This document shows positions 55,493 to 64,000 of a DNA stretch of 64,000 nt, one piece after another. The stretch is from Azolla caroliniana (lineage: Eukaryota; Plantae; Polypodiophyta). The notes below the pieces were generated by a model. That model searched no databases. It was not told the origin of the DNA and worked only from the letters and a program-made list of their open reading frames with translations. A program made the position numbers and the translations under genes. The stretch spans positions 3,720,001-3,784,000 of the forward strand of contig JBHGNT010000008.1 in the NCBI GenBank assembly GCA_043228905.1, read 5' to 3'. Each line of letters starts with the position of its first letter. Position 1 is the stretch's first letter.

Positions 55493-56652
55493 TTTTTTGG
55501 CCAGTCGATCTATGGGTAAAGAGGCGGATGCATTGGAGTATTACGAAGAAAGTGTCGTGATGCTTTCACAGCTTCATGAGAAAGATGCAGAGGTATTTTT
55601 TAGTATATATCAGTTCTTTGATTCAATTATCTCACTTCACTTTTTTGTGATAGATATATCAACTATGAACTGTCAAATTTCTAGGCATCTAAAAATATGA
55701 GTCAGAGATTGAAGATCTGTATTAGTCTGATCATTTAGTATTATCTGTTATGATTTGCTTTCTTGCAAATGCAGCTATGTAGTGTAGTTACATCTTTATT
55801 TTGCTTTCTTTTATCAGATGTTCTCTAGGATTCATCTGGATGTAATTATTTGGTCTCATATGTTACTTTGTCCATTTCAAGATGTTAATAGAACATTTTG
55901 TTTCATTACACCCTGTTGCCCATCTTTCTCAAGACATCTACACACTAAAATTAATTCTGTTGCTCATCTATCATTTTCAGGGACTTAACATCCTTGATTC
56001 ATCTGTGTATGCTCTAATATATTGTTGTCGTTCTAAGATCTCCAATAATAATAATAAGAAAAAGCATACCTGATCAATTCTATGAAGAATGATTGCACTT
56101 ACACTTTATGTAAACTCTGGACTTTGATTACAGATTGTACATGCATTATCGGTTTCCTTGAATAAGATGGGGGATATGAACTATTATGGAGACGACCTTC
56201 AATCAGCACGAGCACATTATGCGAGATCCTTAGATCTTCGACGGAATGCATTGACTGATCAAACAGAGTTATCATCACAGGTCAAAACCCAATTTCCAAG
56301 AATGTTGTCATCATGATTATACCTTTTTTACTCAACTTTATTTTACTTTAACAGGTTCTTGACATAGCAGTATCTTTGACTAAGGTAGCAGATGTGGATA
56401 GAGCTCTAGGCAATGATGCAGCTGCCACTGAAGGATTTGTGGAAGCGATTAAATTGTTAGAGAAACTTTCTGTAAAATCGAAGGAGGATGATTCCCTTGA
56501 ACGACGGGTATATAGATAAAATACGTGAAAAGTTTTCTTTGAGGTTGAGCTCATACATACTTATCTTCTGTTATCAACTAACACCTTTATATTTTCTGTG
56601 GCAGCGTCTTTCCATTCTAGGATTTTTGCAAAGTCAACTGAAGTCTGCTTGA
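43610..56652 (+). CDS. NCA1: NO CATALASE ACTIVITY 1 homologue (N-terminal RING finger + C-terminal TPR), 7 exons
   Basis: Exons 43610-43962, 46390-46621, 46694-46839, 55505-55592, 56134-56280, 56355-56507, 56605-56652. Motifs: MSCPFAK, CPLGYDS, FKLGPLSCVICRALLF..C.PCGHIYCRFCISRFHDCPICGADIE, RFIEGHAR, SLERGTFLVQQAMRAF, SQLGAVLGMLGDC, LSVSLNKMGD, DIAVSLTKVADVDR. Confidence 0.93.
47483..51689. mobile_element. Composite Ty3/gypsy (Tat/Athila-like) insert: + strand LTR-PBS-gag-PR-RT start joined to an inverted gag and inverted LTR 5' end
   Basis: LTR 47483 to about 48140, PBS-like TTTGGCATGCC, protease IIDDGSGVNVI, RT YRMNPNY..VKEEIDKLL..GFI..VPKKNSKIRVCVDY up to about 50240. 50240-51615 is a minus-strand gag homologous to 48440-48800. 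51615-51689 is the reverse complement of 47483-47555. Flanks are CCACC and CCACT. Confidence 0.85.
52100..54480 (+). mobile_element. Highly degenerate Ty1/copia remnant in NCA1 intron 3
   Basis: PBS-like TGGTATCAAAG at about 52630; RT fragments KWIFKT, MDVKSAFLNG, KALHGLKQAP, LYVDD; RNase H start LIGYLDIDW..STSGYCFLLGSGLISW. Confidence 0.8.
54555..54600. repeat. (GA)n microsatellite
   Basis: Read directly from the sequence. Confidence 0.95.
54790..55200 (-). mobile_element. 5'-truncated LINE copy (last ~380 bp) with (TC)n tail
   Basis: Reverse complement of 62857-63238 (NKGVTID.. through ..TTTTGGCCTC), running into (TC)n. Confidence 0.9.
55203..55440 (-). mobile_element. Second 5'-truncated LINE copy (last ~190 bp) with (TC)n tail
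   Basis: Reverse complement of the LINE 3' UTR (CTAACTTGAG...GGCCTCTTAAAAGACG), bounded by (GA)n at 55203-55253 and 55440-55489. Confidence 0.9.
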
Positions 56653-57249
56653 TCGTAGTTTTAAGCTGCAGAGCAACAGCTGAAACAAGCATGTAAAATT
56701 GTAAAAGCTTGATGGGTTTGGCATGTAAATAAAATAACAAGCGTTTATTGAGTTTAATCATCAAGGAAATTATAAAATCTGAGTCTAGCAGCGTTCATAA
56801 TGAGAAACTTGCAGGTTTCCTGTTGTACACTTCTAATGGCTGCATAAAAGAAGACTCAGATATGGGTTTAACATACATAATGTTGCAATCTAATAGAGCT
56901 TTGGATATGTACTGCACCAATATTTTGCATGATCTCTTTTAAGTTCTAATTCTAGGGAAACTATTTTTTTCCAAACCCCTTTGAGATGGATAATGAAGCC
57001 TGTGAATGTCTAGCATGACTAGACGTTACATAAACATATTTCTATGTCTCAGCATGATGCTACTGACAAAGTTGAGATTGTTTGAACAAACTGAGGTGGT
57101 GTTATGGACTCTAATAGAAACTCTTCAAGATTATAATTATCTCTCAGAGCTTCTTCCCTTGATGAAGAACACATTCTCAATGAAGTTTACCATATACATA
57201 TTAAGAATGTAGTGGCATACATCTACAGATCTGCCATTGACAAAAGCAA

Positions 57250-57710
57250 CTAGAAACAGATCAAATGTAGTAACCCTTCAAATTTCCATTCTCCATCGCA
57301 AAGCGGATTTCCAATTAGTGATTCTGTTGCATTCTTTTGTAATATGTCTACTTCCCATTTATCACACTTCACATTGAACTCATGATCAACTTGAAGGTAC
57401 ACTATCTTCATGTCCATTTGATGCAAATACCACCCTTTTGTTGCTGCAAGTACACTCACCATCCTCAACAGTAGTCATTCTTGCCACCAGGCCAAAAGTT
57501 TTCTCATAGTCTTTTCATGGATGTGTCCAAACCCCTTGGTAACTAGCCAAGCCTTGAATTGGTTGGTTGTGCTTGTTGCATTGTGCTTTATCTTGAATGT
57601 TGATTGGCTTCTTCTTGGTTTTGGAGGTTGGGCTAAATTCCAAGTATCATTGTTGACCAATGCTTGCATCTCCTCTCTGATTGCCTCGATCCACTAGGTG
57701 CATTGAAAAT
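57250..57710 (-). mobile_element. Degenerate copia RT fragment downstream of NCA1
   Basis: MQALVNNDTWNL, FKAWLVTKGF and GWYLHQMDMK on the minus strand. Confidence 0.75.
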
Positions 57711-58539
57711 TTTATTTGTAAGTCTCAAGTGCTTGGTTTGCCATGACCTTCTCTATTGTTCCTCCACCCATAATGGTTGTTGGCCTCTCTTCTTCGTCGC
57801 TCTTGGAATTTCCATCAGATTTGCTTTGTCTCGAGTATACCGGGGGTCATTTGTGCCAGGCCATACCATGATGTTGCTTCATCCAATACCACATCTCAAC
57901 TTATTAGCTAATATCGAGTGGTGGGGCCAAAAACACTTATAAACCTTTTACTCAAGTAAGTAACCGATTAGAATGTGCCATGTACTTGTTGTACCCAAAC
58001 CTTAATTATGATTAGGTTCTTTTGTTGGCTCAATTGATAGAGTTTTTCATTACCCACGTCTAGGGCCTTCTCTACTCCTATTGTCCTCATTACAAGCTCA
58101 TCATACTCATCGTCAACCAACTAGGGTCATGATCTGTGTCGTCATCTAAGGTGGTGCCCATGGCCTCATGTGCTTCGATACCCGTCCTTTTTTAATTGTG
58201 GGTGTTCGTGGAGGTGACATCGCATCAGAGGTTTCTTTGTGACATGGAGAACTCTAATTGCTCAGCAATAAATTAGGCCTGGTTAGTCAGAACAATTGCA
58301 TATTCTTTGTTGGGTCTCTACTCATAATGGTCGTCAGCCTCTCTTCTTCTTTAGTCTCGAAATTTGCAACCGCGTCGCTTGTCTCAAGCATGGCGGGGGT
58401 CACAGCTAATACTGCTTCATCAAATACCACATCTCCTCTTAGTTGCGACTAGTAACAAGAGGGATTAAAACACTTTTAAACCTTTTGCTCAAATGAATAA
58501 CTTACAAGAAACATCTTCTCTGACTTCAAATCAGGCTTT

Positions 58540-61500
58540 CTCTTCAAAATGGGAAACATGATTTATTACGCCATTTGATTGCGCAAGAGATCAATCTTAT
58601 TAGAGAAGATATAGAAATAACACTAAAAGAAGAAATGAAAAAGGAGATAGAGAAACAGAAAACAGAATTGTATGCCTCTCTCAAGGCTGAGTTATTAGAA
58701 GAGATGCGAAAAGACATAATAAGCCATGTGGAGAAATCACACTTAGAGCTCAAGGATGACATGACACAATACCTTAAGGATGAAATATCCTCAAGTAAGG
58801 TTGAGTTAGGAGCTATAAAAGTGGATTTAGAAAAAGGACAAGAAGCAGTGGAAAGATGCATCTCTACAGTGAAAGCCAATGTCACGAAGGAAATGCAAAC
58901 ATGGGCAGACATGGCCAAAGATGCCAAAGCTCAAACTGAGCACGCCCAAAATGAAATTAAAGCAAATGCTCCTTCGATAGATGTAGTAAAAAAGCAAAAA
59001 GGAACATCCATGGATAGGATGGCAATGATGAATGCTACTTTAGAAGAAGAAGCCAAGAGGAAAGCTTGTGCATTGCATGTACGAGTGGTTGGTTGGGCCG
59101 AAAAGGGAAGTCCATAAGAAGATGCCAGGAATCTTGGAACAAAGATTGGAGCATCAGATATTCCATTTGCTTCGGCGTGGAGGGTGGGAAGAGATGAGTC
59201 TAGAGCTAAAGCCCTTATCATCTGCTTCATGGATATTGCCAAGAAAAAAGCTTTCCTCTCTAAAAGAAAAGCACTCAAGGGTGAAAAAATATACTTAGAC
59301 GATGATCTCACTCTAGCCCAAGTGGCACACCGCAAATAAAACATGCCACGAGTGCTCGATGCAAGAAAGGAAGGTAAATGAGCCGTATATAGAGACGACA
59401 AGGTCATTATTACATAGAAGAGAACCGCATGACAATATATGGCCTATGAGACCCTACGCATGAACATATGGAATTGCAACGACTCTCTACGGACAAATGT
59501 CGGATATTTTGAAGATACATTGAAAAACACAAATATTGCTATGTATACAGAGACTCACCAATGCATGGCTAGCAAACTCCCCGAGTTACAAGGATATAGA
59601 TGGGAGTCAATATGTCGCCCCCAACCTCGGACACGAGGAAGCACTAGAGGTTCGGGAGGAGTGGTTGTGCTATACAAAGAGGGGCGCCATGGTAGAGTGC
59701 ATGTTGTCCATAAGGATGTAGATGCATGCTACATGTGGATACGAATAAAAAGAGGGGATCTTAGGGAGTTATATATTGCAATTTGATACTTTCCACATGC
59801 CTACTCAAGTTTTGCACCTCTAGGTGAATCACCATATCTACCACTATATGATGATATCATAAGATTTGCTACTATGGGGGACATAATATTATTAGGAGAT
59901 TTTAATGCATGAACCAAGGGTGAACAAACAACTATGTTTAACACCAACGAGGTTGTTTATGGAGAAGTTATGGCGGAAGAGGTTGGTCTAAATCGACAAG
60001 CTCAAGATATGAGTGTTATAACTGAATATGGAAAACACTTTCTAGCCTTGGGAAGCGCGCATGGATTTGTGATATATAATGGCTTGTCACAATGGCCTTG
60101 ATCAGATGCTTTGACATATTGGAACCCAAAAGGGGGTGCAAACATAGTCGATTATCTAATGGGATCTCCATCTCTTATATTTGAAATAAAAGTGTTCACT
60201 ATATCGGGGAGACCTATTGGCTTGGCAGCTGATCATGCATATCTACGCTTTGAGGTAAAGGATGGATGCACAAAGGATGTATATGCTACGGAGAGTGGGC
60301 TGGCTAAGTATCTATTACTCACGAGACAATTGATGTGTATAGTTGTGGTGTATACAATGGCATGCTAGATTTGGATCTGTTCGCACCCCTTGAAGAACTT
60401 ACCCAAGGTTTATCCAAATCATTGCATAAAGCAGCCACAAATGCCTTCCCTCACACAACGGCCGATCCCCCCAAACTCGGTAGAGTAATACAAAATAGTT
60501 GGTATGATGAGGAATGTCGTGATACAAGGAGATGCTTGCAGCGTGATGTAACTCGTGGCATTTATACACACAACCAAGCGAGAGCAACCTTCCAATGCCT
60601 CGTGAGGAAGAAGAAGAGATTGTATTTGGCTAAATTTGAAGATCATTTGTATCGCTTGTTTCTAGGACAAGAGAGTAAAAGAGCATGGAAAATGTTTAAT
60701 GAGAGGCAACCCACCACACAACTGACCTCACCTCAGGTGTGGCAAGAATATGCAAAGGTTCTATATGATATCCCGGGGCAACCTCCTCTTCCCCACCCGA
60801 ATGCCTCACGCCCACATGAATCAACCTTCTTTACACCACAAAATGTAAGAAATGCCATTGATCGGCTACAATTTGGGAAGGCCCAAGATCATGATGGATT
60901 GGTGGGTGAGCACTTTATCTATGCTCGTGACACCTTGCTCCCATTGCTAGCACACATTTTTAATAAAGCCATGTGTGAAGGTTTTCCTACTAGATGGACT
61001 CAACATACCATTATGCCAATCCTCAAGAGTGGAGACCCCATGATGCCAAGCAACTATAGGACAATCATGATTGGCCATTACTTGGCTAAACTATATGGCT
61101 CGATTCTAGAATCAGAATTGAGTATATGGGCAGAGCAAAATGGTTGTCGTTCAATTGGACAACCAGGCTTTCGGAAGGGGTTCACAACTTTGGATCACAT
61201 ATTCACCACCCTCCGAGCCCTTATTGAGAAGGGGCAGAGCCCACAATAACAGGATTTATTGCTACTTTGTAGATTTCCAAAAAGCCTTTGACACTGTGCC
61301 ATGTGCTCAGCTTATGCAGCGCCTAGAAGCCCTTACTGTTCCTATAGAGATGTAATGGGGAATCTATGCACTCTATGATTCTGTGTCAGGAAAAGTGCGG
61401 TCTTCTAAGGGCTTGTCAGAGGCGGTGGCTAGCACAATTGGCGTGAAGCAAGGATGCCCACTATTCCCTACACTCTTCGGTCTCTATATAGATGAGGTAT

Positions 61501-63256
61501 CACAGTACATAGAGAGTTTTCAGACTCTCTGGAGGAACTACAAATACATCTAAATGCCTTAAAACTATTTTGTACGGACAAAGGTTTGTCAATTAACATG
61601 CATAAAACTAAAGTGATGGTGTTTAACACCACCCAAGCATGGGTAACAAGATCAGAACTAGAATTCTTCTTGGGAGAGGAAAAGGTGGAATACACACACT
61701 CCTACACATACCTAGGAGTAACATTTACAGGACCTAGGTTCTGCTTACAAGAGGCCGCTTGTGCCCGACTTTCTTGTGCATATGCAGCCCTTGGTGCTCT
61801 TGAGAGACAATGTGCACATTTGTAGTTCCAAGAGCCACAGATTAAGCTATGATTATTTGATACACTTGTCACACCAACTCTTCTCTATGGAGTAGAGACA
61901 TGGGGACCGAGTCTTAACAAGGCAAATCATTGGAAAAATTTAGAGAGACCTTTAGCGTCAATGATTGCTCACATGATAAGGAGCAAATCATCGGTGCCCC
62001 ACGATATAATCCGGACAGAGATGGGAGCAGCACCTATAATAACCGAGGCGTTGTTCCGATCAGTGACATTTATCCAACGTCTTTGGGAGCTCCCTATATG
62101 AAGGTACCCAAGGTCTGCACTTATGTCATCAAAACAACTGGTTGAAAATGGAGACACTCATTGTTGGTATGCTGAAATGCAGCAATGGTTCGAGTCACAT
62201 GGCATGAGTATAAATGCACTACCCTTGTTCCAATATAGCTTGGACTGACCCCATCTAAATATGACCAAAGTGGAAAAGAATAGAGTGATCCGAACTAATA
62301 TTATTAACTTGGAAAACAAGATAACGTGGATCAGCCCCAAAATACCACTTGGTACAAAGATGGCCCACTGTAAGACGCACTTCTTACATACATCGGAGGA
62401 TGGATTTGTCATCAAGCCACCTTATATGGACATACATCTATCCTATGTGATGCGTATTGTGATAGGGTAGCTACGAACTTCATCACATCAATTACAGATT
62501 GAGGTAGGCAAATATACAAGACTACCTCTAGAAGAGAGAATTTGCCAATTGTGTCATCAAGGAGTGGAATCTGAAGAACACTATGTTTGTCATTGTAGTG
62601 TCTTTTATGAAATCAGAGGGAGATACCATTGCCTCTTTAAACAAGGCTTTGGCCCACTATGCAAGGTAATAGAATATGAGGACCAACTATGCCTAGGACT
62701 TTTCTTGCTAGAGCTCAAGAGACATCAAGAAAATTTGTTGAAGAATACAGCCACACAAGGTCATCCACAAAGAACAATCGCAACTTTCATTAGCCCCATC
62801 ACTCCTAATGCTAGAAGTCAATACCGGGATACACAAATGGGCTTCAGACCAGGACATAACAAAGGGGTTACAATTGATTGGGCAATGGCAATTTGTCGTG
62901 CACGTAGGTCTCGGCCCCATGGACTACGACCTCAACACCCTTGTCATCGATAGATAAAAGTCATTATCTCCCACCATCGTAGGTGCTTCCCTCGTTTCGG
63001 AGACATTTCCATTCTGGATCGACCTATGCTAGAGATCTTTCGAAGACAAAAGCTACAATATACCTAACCTGAGGATCTCACTTGTGCCAAAAACCAAATT
63101 CCCTCATTAATTTATCTTTTCATGTTATTTACTTTTATATTTAATGTGTAATATTTATTTTATTTTGTTTTGTTCTCAAAGACGAGACAACACTTAAGAT
63201 GTAATCTCTTATTTGGTCTTATAGGCCATTTTGGCCTCTTAGAAGAAGTTAATATT

Positions 63257-63299
<43 letters not shown>

Positions 63300-63300
63300 A
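58540..63300 (+). mobile_element. Near full-length degenerate two-ORF LINE (ORF1 coiled-coil; ORF2 APE endonuclease + RT + C-terminal Cys/His motif) with (TTTC)n tail
   Basis: ORF1 at about 58550-59430 is a coiled coil ending in KIYLDDDLT. ORF2 from 59439: NIWNCN, ETH, GSGGVVVL, GDFNA, VDY, ADH (APE); NYRTIMI, QPGFR, VDFQKAFD, GVKQGCP, YTYLGV (RT; the YADD region is deleted near 61515); CQLC..EHYVCHC. Tail (TTTC)n at 63255-63299. Many stops. Confidence 0.92.
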
Positions 63301-64000
63301 CTTCTCGTCGGGGACATCCAAGTATAACATGCCGCCAAAAACCTTGAAGTGCGAATGATATGGCTTTTTCCAGAAATTCTTCTCTTGAGGGGTCATGGCA
63401 TGGACAACCTCGGTCGTGCACCTATTGATGAGATACACATTCGTGACTCTTGCCTATACCTAATAGATCTTTGGCTTATTCTTGTCCTACAACATGGCAC
63501 AAGCCATCTCAAGAATTGTGTGGTTCTTCCACTGAGCTACAATGTTTTGTTGTGGTGTGTACTAGCAAGAGAACTCACAGTAAATCCCCTTCTCTTCTAG
63601 CGAGCTCGTGAACATGGCTAAGAAGTATTCTTGGTCACCATCAAATCTTGTGATTCGTTTCATTTTCCACACCACTCTTTAACTTAAGAAAGTGACAAAT
63701 GAGCTCATTTATTGACATCATTGGGTATATCCAGGTATGCCACAAATAATCCTCAATGAAAGTAACAAAGGACCTACACCCATTGATTGTCTTGTTCTAC
63801 ATTGAGCCCCATACCTCCGAGTCGATAACGTCCAATAGGCCTTTACTCACATTCCTCTCACTCGGGAATGGACGCCTATGTTGCTTTCTTAGTAGCATGC
63901 CTTGAATACATTATCATTATTTTGTCAAAGTAAATTGTGGCAAATCATGCACAAATCCTTTCGTTTGCATCAATCAAAGTCTACCAAGGTTTACATGGAC

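Noticed and set aside
63300-64000. Possible minus-strand retroelement gag remnant after the LINE tail
   Set aside because: No motif could be read with confidence.

Overview
Eukaryotic, intron-rich, transposon-dense plant nuclear DNA. The style (long TE-filled introns, many (GA)n tracts) suggests a fern or another large-genome non-angiosperm plant; that is inference only. Four multi-exon host genes can be fully spliced on the + strand with GT-AG junctions and intact frames: two tandem aldo-keto reductase paralogues (12414-17436 and 21939-31563), a chloroplast-type EamA/WAT1-related transporter (34267-40646) and NCA1, a RING + TPR catalase chaperone (43610-56652). The rest is mostly TE-derived: nested copia and gypsy retrotransposons, solo LTRs with TSDs, a hAT MITE with an 8-bp TSD, tandem arrays (10 x 155 bp; about 8 x 105 bp), and a two-ORF APE-RT LINE family whose copies end in, and appear to insert into, (TC)n/(TTTC)n microsatellites. 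The two most unusual structures are both in NCA1 intron 3. One is a 4.2-kb gypsy-derived insert whose two ends are the same LTR end in inverted orientation, flanked by a near-perfect 5-bp TSD. The other is a stack of LINE 3' ends nested in (GA)n tracts right at a splice acceptor. No rRNA, intact tRNA or CRISPR array was seen. Coordinates were counted by eye and may be off by a few bases.
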